This document shows, piece after piece, positions 9,464-18,154 of a DNA stretch of 64,000 nt (positions are counted from its first letter, which is position 1; each line of letters starts with the position of its first letter). The notes beneath the pieces were generated by a model. That model was not told where the DNA came from. It did no database searches and worked only from the letters and a program-made list of their open reading frames with translations. The translations under genes were made by a program, and so were the position numbers. Source of the DNA: an uncultured Oscillospiraceae bacterium (GTDB lineage Bacteria > Bacillota > Clostridia > Oscillospirales > Ruminococcaceae); assembly GCA_964370195.1 (NCBI GenBank), contig CAYJIH010000001.1:92621-156620 (forward strand), written 5' to 3'.

Positions 9464-10515
9464 TGCAGCCCATTGCGCCGGCATTGCTTTCTTGGTATCA
9501 TCAAAACCGGCGCATTTTGCCATTTCGTGAAGAACCGACGCCTTATCGTGTGTGGGTGAGTGAGATTATGTTGCAGCAAACGCGTGTCAGCGCGGCTTTG
9601 CCGTATTTCGAGCGTTTTATGCAGCGGTTGCCCACACCGGCAAGTCTTGCTGCTTGCAGTGAAGATGAGCTGCATAAGCTGTGGCAGGGGCTTGGATATT
9701 ATAATCGTGCAAAAAATTTACAAAAAGCGGCCCAGATTGTTGTAAACAAGCATGAAGGCGAGTTGCCAGCTTGTTACGAAGATTTATTGGCGCTTCCGGG
9801 AATTGGGGAATATACCGCAGGGGCGATTGCCTCAATTGCGTTTGGCCTTGCGCATGTGGCAGTAGACGGCAATGTGCTACGCGTGTTTAGCCGTTTGCAG
9901 GCATGCTATGACGATATTAGCTTGTCAGCCACCAAAAAACAGTTTTCAACCGAAGTGCAAAAACAGCAACCTGCCGATGCGCCGGGGGATTTTAACCAAG
10001 CGCTGATGGAGCTTGGCGCGCTTGTGTGTACACCGCAAAGCCCCAACTGCAAGCAATGTCCGCTGAGTATGATGTGCGAGGCTTGTCGTTTGGATGTTGC
10101 AAGTGAATTGCCGGTGGTGGCTGCAAAAAAACCAAAAGTAGAAAGCCCGGTTTGTGTTTTGATACTGCACGATTCTGCAGGGAGGGTGCTTTTGCGAAAG
10201 CGGCCGTCAAAAGGGCTTTTGGCCGGTTTGTACGAACCATTTTGCCTAGAAGGCGAATTTGATAGAGAGCAAGCCCAGCTGTTGCTACAGCAAAGTTTTC
10301 CGGGGGCAACACTACACGATGCTTTGCCAAAAAGCCGCCATGTGTTTACACATCGCATATGGAAATTGTATGGCTGGCAAGGCCGCTTGCCCGAAAACGC
10401 AGAAAAATTTAAAGATGAGGCTTGTTTTTTGGCCGGCAAAGAGGCGCTGAAAAATACATATGCTGTTCCGAATGCGTTTCGCGCATATCGTGATTATTTA
10501 GAGCATGGTGGTTAA
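9463..10515 (+). CDS. mutY: A/G-specific adenine DNA glycosylase
   Basis: PYRVWVSEIMLQQTRV, GLGYYNRAKNL, LPGIGEYTAGAI, a Cys cluster C..(6)C..C..(5)C, and a NUDIX-like C-terminus. The start overlaps the asnS stop by 1 nt. Confidence 0.9.
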   Translation: MQPIAPALLSWYHQNRRILPFREEPTPYRVWVSEIMLQQTRVSAALPYFERFMQRLPTPASLAACSEDELHKLWQGLGYYNRAKNLQKAAQIVVNKHEGELPACYEDLLALPGIGEYTAGAIASIAFGLAHVAVDGNVLRVFSRLQACYDDISLSATKKQFSTEVQKQQPADAPGDFNQALMELGALVCTPQSPNCKQCPLSMMCEACRLDVASELPVVAAKKPKVESPVCVLILHDSAGRVLLRKRPSKGLLAGLYEPFCLEGEFDREQAQLLLQQSFPGATLHDALPKSRHVFTHRIWKLYGWQGRLPENAEKFKDEACFLAGKEALKNTYAVPNAFRAYRDYLEHGG

Positions 10516-10541
10516 TGTGTCAAAATGCAACAGAAATGCTG

Positions 10542-10570
10542 TTGTAATCTTTGGCAAAACAAGCTATAAT
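10542..10570 (+). promoter_or_regulatory. sigma-A-type promoter
   Basis: TTGTAA (10542-10547), 17-nt spacer, TATAAT (10565-10570), upstream of the ORF at 10633. Confidence 0.55.
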
Positions 10571-10632
10571 GAAACAATGATATTAGGATAAGGTGTAGTT
10601 TTATCCAAGGATACCATGAGAGGAGGCTTTTC

Positions 10633-11031
10633 ATGTTTAATTTGTTCCAACAAGCCAAAGGTGCCTGTTCTGTGTGCAACCTTGCAAAGGACAGTATGGG
10701 AATACTGTTTAAAACGGTTTTTTCGGGCGCAATGGCAGCACTTGTAACAGCAGGTGGTTTAGCAGGTTCTTTGTTCGAGAAAGTGACAAGCAATGAAGCA
10801 ACGGTTGTAGAAGTAAAAAAAGATGAGCAGGAGGGTGTGAAAATGAAAAAATCTACCTTAATCGCTATTTTTGTGGCGTTAGCCGCAGTGGCGGGTGTTT
10901 TAGGCGCCTTGTATGTGTATGTTTTGCGCCGTGAAAAAGAGCTGGATGAGTACGAGCAACTGCTATTTAGCGAAGAATTTAACGACGATTTTGTAGATGA
11001 GCCTTTAGAGATGGACGCAAGCGAAGAATAA
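10633..11031 (+). CDS. hypothetical membrane protein with acidic C-terminal tail
   Basis: 132-aa ORF; GAGAGGAGG lies 6 nt before the ATG. A second strong internal site exists (AGGAGGG then ATG at 10843, MKKSTLIAIFVALAAVAGVLGALYVYVL...). It has a TM helix then an E/D-rich tail. A terminator follows. Confidence 0.6.
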   Translation: MFNLFQQAKGACSVCNLAKDSMGILFKTVFSGAMAALVTAGGLAGSLFEKVTSNEATVVEVKKDEQEGVKMKKSTLIAIFVALAAVAGVLGALYVYVLRREKELDEYEQLLFSEEFNDDFVDEPLEMDASEE

Positions 11032-11040
11032 AATAATCTT

Positions 11041-11072
11041 AAAGCCCACAGCAAATGCTGTGGGCTTTTTTT
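11041..11072 (+). terminator. rho-independent terminator
   Basis: AAAGCCCACAGC-aaat-GCTGTGGGCTTT followed by a T-run. Confidence 0.85.
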
Positions 11073-11156
11073 ATGGAAAATAAATAAATTGGTAAAATGG
11101 ACTAAAGTTTTTCCTGTTTTATCCGAAAATATAGTTATAAAAGGAGGTGGGGTTTT

Positions 11157-11429
11157 ATGACATTTGGGATTCATCCAATTGAATGTGCCACAAATCAAAA
11201 AGGAAGAACGCACGATCGCCAACAACAAGAGCAAAATGGTTTTGCCAATATGCTTACACAAAATGCGGCAACAGCTTTGCGGGCTGTGGAAAAAAGAAAT
11301 GGAAAAGAACACCACCACAAAAACGATGTGGTGCAATTGCATACAGGGCTCGATTTTGCTTTGCAAAACCTAGCAGGGCAAGTGACACGCATCAACACAG
11401 AGCTTAGCCGTACCTATTTGAAACCGTAA
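11157..11429 (+). CDS. hypothetical small protein (90 aa)
   Basis: A very strong SD (AAAGGAGGTGGGG) lies 7 nt before the ATG at 11157. The sequence is hydrophilic and Gln/His-rich. I recognise no family. Confidence 0.5.
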   Translation: MTFGIHPIECATNQKGRTHDRQQQEQNGFANMLTQNAATALRAVEKRNGKEHHHKNDVVQLHTGLDFALQNLAGQVTRINTELSRTYLKP

Positions 11430-11441
11430 ATTAGGGATACT

Positions 11442-11472
11442 GAAGGCACTGCCGTTTTGTGGCAGTGCCTTC
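11442..11472 (+). repeat. 12-bp-stem hairpin, copy 1 of a duplicated element
   Basis: GAAGGCACTGCC-gttttgt-GGCAGTGCCTTC. The 29-nt core at 11443-11471 is identical to 11614-11642. No T-run follows this copy. Confidence 0.8.
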
Positions 11473-11611
11473 AGAGCGTCAATAAAGCACCAATTGTGTC
11501 GTTAGACGGCAAAATGCTGCAGCAGTTACATATTATATATGCGCCTTTGTGGCATTTTTTGCTTCCTAGCACTTGGTACTTTCTTGCCGCTCTGTACTTT
11601 TTTGACACGCT

Positions 11612-11644
11612 AAAAGGCACTGCCGTTTTGTGGCAGTGCCTTTT
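11612..11644. terminator. bidirectional terminator (copy 2 of the duplicated hairpin)
   Basis: AAAAGGCACTGCC-gttttgt-GGCAGTGCCTTTT, flanked by A and T runs. It lies about 50 nt downstream of the minus-strand citrate synthase stop. Confidence 0.75.
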
Positions 11645-11691
11645 AGATGGTAAAATGAGTGAAATACAAATAAAGTATTTTATAAAATAGG

Positions 11692-13056
11692 TTATCGTTC
11701 GTTTAAAGGAACATAAGATTTTTTCTCTGCAACGCTGCGGTAGGCAGGGCGAATGATTTTACTGGAGTTAATCAGTTCCTCAATACGGTGTGCGCTCCAG
11801 CCGGCAATGCGGGCGATGGCAAAAATGGGCGTATAAAGCTCTGTGGGTAAGTTGAGCATCTCATATACAAAACCACTGTAAAAATCAATGTTGGCCGATA
11901 CGCCTTTAAACATACGGCGTTCTTTGGCAATGATGTCCGGGGCAAGGCGCGCTACGGTGGCGTATAGTTCATACTCCTCGCTTCGGCCTTTCTCTGCACT
12001 TAAGTCGCGCACAAAACTTTCAAAAATTTGCGCACGTGGGTCGCTAAGGGAATAAACAGCATGGCCAACACCGTAAATGAGGCCGGAACGATCGAATGCT
12101 TCTTTGTGAAGCAATTTCCTTAAATAATCCGAAATGGCGTCTTCATCTTTCCAGTCAGTTATATTTTTTTGCATATCGGCCATCATTTGGCAAACGCGAA
12201 TGTTTGCACCGCCATGTTTTGGTCCTTTTAAGCTGCCCAAAGCAGCAGCAATGGCACTGTAGGTGTCGGTGCCGGAAGAAGAAACCACGTGCACCGTAAA
12301 CGAAGAGTTGTTACCACCGCCGTGTTCTGCATGCAAAACAAGGGCCAAATCTAAAATACGTGCCTCAAAGGACGTGTATTGCTGGTCGGGCCGAAGCATA
12401 TGAAGAATATTTTCTGCCAAAGATAGATTGGGGTCTGGCTGGTGAATGACAAGGCTTTTGTTGAGCTCATAGTGGTTATAAGCTTGGTAGCCATAAACGG
12501 CCAAAAGAGGGAACTTGGCAATGAGTTTTAAGCATTGACGCAAAACGTTTGGAATGGATGTATCATCGGGGTTTTCGTCATAATAATATAGCATAAGAAC
12601 ACTGCGTGAAAGGGCGTTCATCATATCGCGGCTAGGTGCTTTCATAATGATATCGCGCGTGAAAGAGGGGGGCAAACTGCATTCGCTTAGCAAAAGTCTT
12701 TTAAAAGCCTCTAATTCCGATTCTTTAGGAAGGTGGCCAAATAAAAGCAAATAAATCGTCTCTTCAAAACCAAAGCGGTCTTCTTTTAAAAAGCCGCCCA
12801 CAATTTCCTCAATGTTGATGCCTTGATAGAAAAGCTTTCCGTGCATAGGTTCTTCTACGCCATCCACAACTCGTTTGGCCGTAACTTGTGAAATATTCGT
12901 TAAACCGGTAAGAACACCATTGCCACTTGGGTCGCGCAAGCCGCGGAACACCTGGTAGTCGCTATAAAGCTGCCCGGGAATGGTGTTTGATATACAAATA
13001 TCGGACAAATTACAAATTTCCGGGCTGATTTTAAATGCAGATTGTTCGTTGCTCAT
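11692..13056 (-). CDS. citrate synthase
   Basis: LVLHAEHGGGNNSSF, GPKHGGAN, GVGHAVY and SAHRIEE are typical of the citrate synthase family. The ATG at 13056 (MSNEQSAF...) is preceded by GGAGAC, and the upstream in-frame extension has no SD. Confidence 0.9.
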   Translation of the reverse strand: MSNEQSAFKISPEICNLSDICISNTIPGQLYSDYQVFRGLRDPSGNGVLTGLTNISQVTAKRVVDGVEEPMHGKLFYQGINIEEIVGGFLKEDRFGFEETIYLLLFGHLPKESELEAFKRLLLSECSLPPSFTRDIIMKAPSRDMMNALSRSVLMLYYYDENPDDTSIPNVLRQCLKLIAKFPLLAVYGYQAYNHYELNKSLVIHQPDPNLSLAENILHMLRPDQQYTSFEARILDLALVLHAEHGGGNNSSFTVHVVSSSGTDTYSAIAAALGSLKGPKHGGANIRVCQMMADMQKNITDWKDEDAISDYLRKLLHKEAFDRSGLIYGVGHAVYSLSDPRAQIFESFVRDLSAEKGRSEEYELYATVARLAPDIIAKERRMFKGVSANIDFYSGFVYEMLNLPTELYTPIFAIARIAGWSAHRIEELINSSKIIRPAYRSVAEKKSYVPLNER

Positions 13057-13257
13057 ATTGTTGTCTCCTTTTTTTAATAAATGAAGTATTTTCGAACGCC
13101 ATAGAAACACCGCAAAAAGGCTTTTTATTTGAAATTTGCGTTGTTTTGTAAATCGCATTTCGCATAAGCATTTGTGTATATAATGCTATATTTTAGCATT
13201 ATAGCACAAAAGCTGTCAATATTGAAATAAAATTTTAACAAAATACGATATGATGCT

Positions 13258-13285
13258 TGTTATTTTTTTTTCGTTATTGTATAAT
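13258..13285 (+). promoter_or_regulatory. candidate promoter of the riboswitch-folT unit
   Basis: TTGTAT (13258-13263), 16-nt spacer, TATAAT (13280-13285). It ends about 10 nt before the riboswitch P1 stem. Confidence 0.5.
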
Positions 13286-13296
13286 GGGAAATACTC

Positions 13297-13392
13297 GCAG
13301 AGTAGAATATGGTGCGTAAAGTGTCGGCGGTTGGGGTGTTTCTGCCGGACGAAGGGGCAAGAGCCACGCGGTATCATATTCGCATCCGCTGC
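13297..13392 (+). promoter_or_regulatory. THF (tetrahydrofolate) riboswitch, THF-I class
   Basis: GCAGAGTAG...GCGTAAAGTGT-CGGCGG...CTGCCG-GACGAAG...AGAGCCACGCGG...CGCATCCGCTGC matches the conserved blocks and helices of the crystallised THF riboswitch block by block (GGAGAGUAG..GCGUUAAGUGU..ACGAAG..GAGAGCGCGG..GCAUCCGCUCC). P1 is GCAG/CTGC and P3 is CGGCGG/CTGCCG. It sits directly upstream of a folate ECF S-component gene. Confidence 0.85.
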
Positions 13393-13451
13393 CACATCAA
13401 GAGATAAGGCTTCTTTGTTGTGGCGCAACACACAATAAAGGAGTATTTTTT

Positions 13452-13958
13452 ATGCAAACAAAGTTTCGCGTTATTGTTCAGGTGGCAATGATGATTGCCT
13501 TGTCTGTTGTTTTGGCACGCTTTGTATCCATCAATACACTGTATCTTCGTGTTAGTTTTGGGTTTGTGCCGGTGGTGATTTGTGCCATTTTATATGGGCC
13601 AATGTGGGCGGCGGCTACGGCTGGCATTGCAGATATTATTGGCACCATTTTGTTCCCGGTAGGGCCCTATTTTCCGGGCTTTACCGTTACAGCGATGCTA
13701 ACAGGCATCATTTTTGGCCTCTTTTTGTACAAAAGAGAGGAAAAAAGCATTTTGTGTTTAACGGGCGCTGTGTTAACGAATGCGGTTGTGGTAAGTTTGC
13801 TTGCCAACACGGTTAACTTAACCATCCTTACGGGTACACCGTTTTTGACATTGCTGCCCACACGCCTTTTTCAAAACGCACTGATGATTCCCATCATGCT
13901 TGTCAGTTGCGGTGTGTGCCTTGCAATTGTGAAATCAATCAAAAGGCGTTACGCATAA
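13452..13958 (+). CDS. folT: ECF transporter S component, folate family
   Basis: 168-aa polytopic membrane protein. The N-terminus (..VQVAMMIALSVVLARFVSI......VSFGFVPVV.....GP) is typical of FolT-type S components, and it lies immediately downstream of a THF riboswitch. AAAGGAG precedes the ATG. Confidence 0.8.
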   Translation: MQTKFRVIVQVAMMIALSVVLARFVSINTLYLRVSFGFVPVVICAILYGPMWAAATAGIADIIGTILFPVGPYFPGFTVTAMLTGIIFGLFLYKREEKSILCLTGAVLTNAVVVSLLANTVNLTILTGTPFLTLLPTRLFQNALMIPIMLVSCGVCLAIVKSIKRRYA

Positions 13959-14054
13959 AAGCTTCACAAAATGGCCATCATCCCGGGCTATAGAATACAA
14001 ACACAAAGTAATTGGCGGGGGGCTGCGAGTGGCGCCAGTGCTTTGTGAAAAGAG

Positions 14055-14084
14055 AAAAAAACCGCCTATCAAAGGCGGTTTTTT
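14055..14084. terminator. bidirectional rho-independent terminator
   Basis: AAAAAAA-CCGCC-tatcaaa-GGCGG-TTTTTT between convergent genes. Confidence 0.8.
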
Positions 14085-14111
14085 GTTTGCTTATATATTT
14101 TTAGGATGGAA

Positions 14112-14939
14112 TTAAAAAAGAAAGTGTTCAGCAATGGCGTGTGCCAACCCAGATTCAAAAGCGGACGGGCAAAACGCGTCGGCGGCCATACGCACGCCTT
14201 CGCTTGCTGTGCCCATGGCGATGCCAAGGCCGGCTACTGCAAGCATTGAAATGTCATTGTCGCTATCACCTACAGCCATGACATCATTTAAAGGAATCGA
14301 TAGATGTTGTGCTAAAAAAGAGAGGGCATTGCCTTTTGTTGCACTTCGTGTATTGATTTCCAAATTGAGGCCCATGGAGCTGCTGATGAAAAGGTCATCC
14401 CTTTGGCAAAGGTAAGTGCGCATGGCATTGCGGGTTTTTTCGTTGGCATAGTTGATGTTGAATTTTTCAACACGTGAGCTGCTGCTTGTGATGAGGGATT
14501 CTATGTCTTCTGTATATAGGCGAGATTGCTGGAAATATTCAAGCACAGCTGGGGAGACACTGTCTTTTAAAAAATCAACCGAGCGTGTAGGTGTATAGCT
14601 TTCGTTGCCAATGAAAACACTAACAAACCCAGGTTCTTTTTGTAGTTCACGCACAAGCGAGATGGCAATATCGTTGCTGAAACAATCGCTGTGTAAAAGC
14701 GTGTTTTCTTGTAAATCGTGCACGGTGGCCCCGTTTGCGGTGATTACATAGCGCACAGAGGGCAATTGCAAAATGGCCTTTGGAATGCCACTTAAAACGC
14801 GTCCGGTGGCTGGAACCAAGCGGCAACCGTGTTTTGCAGCTTCGCACAGTTTTTGTTCTACTTCAGGACGAAGTTGTTTTTGTTCGTCTAGGGCGGTGTC
14901 ATCTAAATCGAAAACCAAAAGAGAAAATCTTTTTTTCAT
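14112..14939 (-). CDS. Cof-type HAD-IIB family hydrolase
   Basis: LLVFDLDDTAL (motif I), ATGR (motif II), GDSDNDISML (motif IV). Confidence 0.85.
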   Translation of the reverse strand: MKKRFSLLVFDLDDTALDEQKQLRPEVEQKLCEAAKHGCRLVPATGRVLSGIPKAILQLPSVRYVITANGATVHDLQENTLLHSDCFSNDIAISLVRELQKEPGFVSVFIGNESYTPTRSVDFLKDSVSPAVLEYFQQSRLYTEDIESLITSSSSRVEKFNINYANEKTRNAMRTYLCQRDDLFISSSMGLNLEINTRSATKGNALSFLAQHLSIPLNDVMAVGDSDNDISMLAVAGLGIAMGTASEGVRMAADAFCPSAFESGLAHAIAEHFLF

Positions 14940-15030
14940 ACGAATCCTCTATGTTGTGTATGGCGGCCGCACTGCATGGATTTTTTTGGTAAAACATGAT
15001 AAGATGGTGAAAAAAGAAAGAGGGATGCAC

Positions 15031-15786
15031 ATGCGGTTTATTAGCTGGAATGTAAATGGGTTTCGAGCAGTGTTAAAAAAAGGCTTTGAAAAGGCTTTTG
15101 ATGAGTTGCATGCGGATGTGTTTTGTATTCAAGAGACGAAAATGCAACCAGAACAAGCGGAATTTTTAAAAGAAGGATATCATCAATATTGGAATAGCGC
15201 TGAAAAAAAGGGTTATTCCGGCACGGCTTTGTTTTCAAAAGTAGAACCGCTTTCGGTTCAGTTTGGCCTTGGCATTGCCGAGCATGACACAGAGGGCAGA
15301 GCCATTACTGCCGAGTATGAAACATTTACGCTTGTAAATGTGTATACACCGAATGCCCAAGCAGAGCTGGCGCGCATTGAATATCGCGAGAGCTGGGAAG
15401 ATGCTTTGCGTGAATATCTGGTAAAACTGGATAAGAAAAAGCCGGTTGTTTATTGTGGGGATTTAAATGTGGCGCACGAGCCGATCGATTTAAAGAACCC
15501 GGGGCCAAACCGAGGCAAAGCAGGGTTTTCAGATGAGGAAAGAGCGAAATTTTCGACATTGCTAAACAGTGGTTTTACAGACAGCTTCCGCGCGTTGTAT
15601 CCAGATAAAAAAGAGGCGTACTCGTGGTGGAGCTATCGTGCAAATGCGCGCGCAAATAATACAGGGTGGAGAATTGATTATTTTGTGGTGTCAAACCGTT
15701 TGATGGAAAAAGTGGAGGACAGTTTGATTTATCCTTCGATTGAAGGAAGCGACCATTGCCCTGTAGGGATAGAGCTTTGTTTGTAA
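15031..15786 (+). CDS. xth: exodeoxyribonuclease III
   Basis: MRFISWNVNGFRA...DVFCIQETK...YSGTA...VNVYTPN...GDLNVAH..IDL...SWWSYR......GWRIDYF..S......SDHCPV. The ATG at 15031 follows AAAGAAAGAGGGA. The long upstream extension of the ORF overlaps the opposite-strand gene. Confidence 0.92.
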   Translation: MRFISWNVNGFRAVLKKGFEKAFDELHADVFCIQETKMQPEQAEFLKEGYHQYWNSAEKKGYSGTALFSKVEPLSVQFGLGIAEHDTEGRAITAEYETFTLVNVYTPNAQAELARIEYRESWEDALREYLVKLDKKKPVVYCGDLNVAHEPIDLKNPGPNRGKAGFSDEERAKFSTLLNSGFTDSFRALYPDKKEAYSWWSYRANARANNTGWRIDYFVVSNRLMEKVEDSLIYPSIEGSDHCPVGIELCL

Positions 15787-15790
15787 GGCA

Positions 15791-16531
15791 TCATTGCAGT
15801 TGTACAAATTTTTTGCGTAGCTGTTCTAAATCGCTTGAACATAGGCCGATGGAAGCCAAATAAGAGGCAACATTGCCATATTTTTCGCTTATGTGGCGTA
15901 AAACACGCCACATGCTTTTCGGCTTGCTGTACGTGCGATAAGGGTGTTGTGCTTCGACCCATTTTTGCTTTTGCGCTTCTTGTAAAAAGGCGGAAAATAC
16001 TTCATGCATATAAATTTCCGTAATGGCATAGTCTGCCACGATGTCTTCGTTTTGCACACCGGCCAGCAGTAAAAGCAACATGGAAACTACTCCCGTTCGG
16101 TCTTTGCCTACAGCACAGTGATACAGTGTGCCGCCTTCGGCACTGGCCAAAATGTGTATAATTTCGGCCAGTTGTGCGCCGGAATGCTCAAGTAAGCTGA
16201 TATAAAGCCCTGCCATGGAGCCGGGGGTATCTCCTTCGTAATCCGGTGTTTCAAGCACATCCGATAAAGGCACATGGTAACTTGTGAAACGGGTGCTTTG
16301 CGGGAACACAGAGGGTGCTTTAGCACATTCATCATCGCCGCGTAAGTCTATTGCGTGGCGCACACCGTAATCATACAATAGTTGCAAATCTTGTTGTGTA
16401 AGGGCATGGGGGCTATCGGAACGCAGAAAAACGCCAAATCGCGTTGCGCCTAAAGGGCAGGGATAACCGCCAAGGTCGCGTGTGTTGTAAGCACCTTGCA
16501 GGGGGATGCGTCGCAGAGGGGAATGGTTCAT
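15791..16531 (-). CDS. protein-tyrosine phosphatase family protein (CX5R)
   Basis: HCAVGKDRTG active-site loop; NTRDLGG near the N-terminus. The ATG at 16531 avoids overlap with the upstream gene. Confidence 0.8.
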   Translation of the reverse strand: MNHSPLRRIPLQGAYNTRDLGGYPCPLGATRFGVFLRSDSPHALTQQDLQLLYDYGVRHAIDLRGDDECAKAPSVFPQSTRFTSYHVPLSDVLETPDYEGDTPGSMAGLYISLLEHSGAQLAEIIHILASAEGGTLYHCAVGKDRTGVVSMLLLLLAGVQNEDIVADYAITEIYMHEVFSAFLQEAQKQKWVEAQHPYRTYSKPKSMWRVLRHISEKYGNVASYLASIGLCSSDLEQLRKKFVQLQ

Positions 16532-16566
16532 GTGAAAGCCTTTCTTCAAAGGGGCGTTTTGGCACG

Positions 16567-17478
16567 TTAGCGCCCTAAAGAGCGCCATACTTCGGCTAGG
16601 CACAGCGGTAAATCGGCGGGTGACAAGCCGGCTTCACCATATTGCCGGGCGGCAAGCTGGCCAGCCTCGGCGTGTAAAAACACACCGAGTGCTGCCGCGA
16701 TATCGGCGGGGAAGCCTTGCGCTAAAAGGCCGGCAATAATTCCGGCCAGCACGTCGCCACTTCCGCCTTTAGAAAGGCCGGGGTTGCCACAGTCGCGCAA
16801 GGAGAAAAGTTTTTCGTCTGCCGTGGCAACCAACGTTTCGTTGCTTTTTAAAACAAGTGTACAACGATGTTTTTGGGCAAACTCCAGTGCAATTTCATCT
16901 GCGTTTTGGGCCACTTCTTCAGCGGGCAAAGCCATAAGGCGTGCCATTTCGCCAATGTGTGGCGTTAAAATAAGGGGCACTTCACTGTGTGTTAGCAGTT
17001 CTAAGGCGGCTGCACGGATTTTGGCATCTTCACTGCCGTCTAGGTGGCCGGATAAAATATTGAGGGCGTCGGCATCCAAAACAAGAGGTTGTTTGGCTTT
17101 TTGTAGTAAAGACAAAACCCAAAGAGTGGTTTCGGCGGTGGCGGTGATGCCACAGCCGGCTAAAATGGCTGTGTGGCGTGTATCTAGCACAGAGGGCAAA
17201 GCGGCTGGGTCGATGGCGCCGGCCTCACTCTCTTTGGTGGGAAATAAAATGCAAGACGGCAAGCTGGCCGCGGCCGCGGCACAAACCGGGTCTGTAGAGG
17301 CTAAACGAACAAGGCCGGTGCCACTGCGCAAGGCGGCCGATGTTGCCAAAACAGCAGCACCACGATAGGCGCGGCTGCCGGCCAAAATAAGCAGTGTACC
17401 AAATGTTCCCTTGTGGGCATTTCGAGGGCGACGTGGCAAATGGTGCAAGGCCCATTCGCGGTTGATGCGGATTTCCAT
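16567..17478 (-). CDS. nnrD: ADP-dependent NAD(P)H-hydrate dehydratase (YjeF C-terminal type)
   Basis: HKGTFGTLLILAGS..YRGAAVLA, VLDADAL, LTPHIGEMARL, GGSGDVLAGIIAGLLAQG. GGAGGAAG precedes the ATG. Confidence 0.85.
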   Translation of the reverse strand: MEIRINREWALHHLPRRPRNAHKGTFGTLLILAGSRAYRGAAVLATSAALRSGTGLVRLASTDPVCAAAAASLPSCILFPTKESEAGAIDPAALPSVLDTRHTAILAGCGITATAETTLWVLSLLQKAKQPLVLDADALNILSGHLDGSEDAKIRAAALELLTHSEVPLILTPHIGEMARLMALPAEEVAQNADEIALEFAQKHRCTLVLKSNETLVATADEKLFSLRDCGNPGLSKGGSGDVLAGIIAGLLAQGFPADIAAALGVFLHAEAGQLAARQYGEAGLSPADLPLCLAEVWRSLGR

Positions 17479-17562
17479 AACTTCCTCCAGTTGACATGTA
17501 GCGTATATTTATATATAGTATAGCATATTATGGAACAAATAAATAGGCAGTGAGGTGTAAAG

Positions 17563-17952
17563 ATGGGTTTATTTACCGGATGGCCCTTTACCACAAAAGA
17601 GCAAGACGAAAGAGAGAAAAAAGACTTTGAAAAGCGGGTGTTTCCGCTGGGAATGGAACAAAAAGATGCTGCATTGGCTGTTTTAAAAGAAGGGCTGAGC
17701 AGCAAGTTAAAAGACAACGAAATATTGTTTGCCTTTATTTGTGCAAAAGATGCGTGCTTGCTCAATGGTGGAGAAGAGGAAGATGGCATGGAAAAAGCAA
17801 AAGAGGCGCTGAAAAAACAAAAATGGGTTCCGAAAGAGGACAAGGAGTTTATCCTTACGTTTATGCGCCTTGAAATGCGGGCAGAATCGTTTGATGAGTA
17901 TCCAAATGTAGATCAAGTGCGTCAATTTTTGACTGTAGGCCAAGAAGAGTGA
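17563..17952 (+). CDS. hypothetical protein (129 aa)
   Basis: The ORF has GAGGTG before the ATG. It is charged and soluble-looking, with no recognised motif. Confidence 0.5.
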   Translation: MGLFTGWPFTTKEQDEREKKDFEKRVFPLGMEQKDAALAVLKEGLSSKLKDNEILFAFICAKDACLLNGGEEEDGMEKAKEALKKQKWVPKEDKEFILTFMRLEMRAESFDEYPNVDQVRQFLTVGQEE

Positions 17953-18154
17953 TGAAATTTTTTGAAAATATCACATAGATTTCACATAAGGGGCGCAACC
18001 TCGGGAAAAACTATGAAACTTGCTGGGGATAAAGGGGAATCTTTAACATATTTGTCTATGGATATGCAAAAGTGGATGCGCTATAATGAACATATAAACC
18101 GCATCGAAACCATCAATAGAACAGTTGCCAAAGTTGTAAGGAGCCTTTATCCGT

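Noticed and set aside
10512-11366. 284-aa minus-strand ORF spanning the mutY end, the 10633 gene, a terminator and the 11157 gene.
   Set aside because: The translation is low-complexity (Ser/Leu/Phe-rich). It runs antisense to two plus-strand ORFs with excellent SD sequences, crosses a strong plus-strand terminator hairpin, and has no SD of its own.
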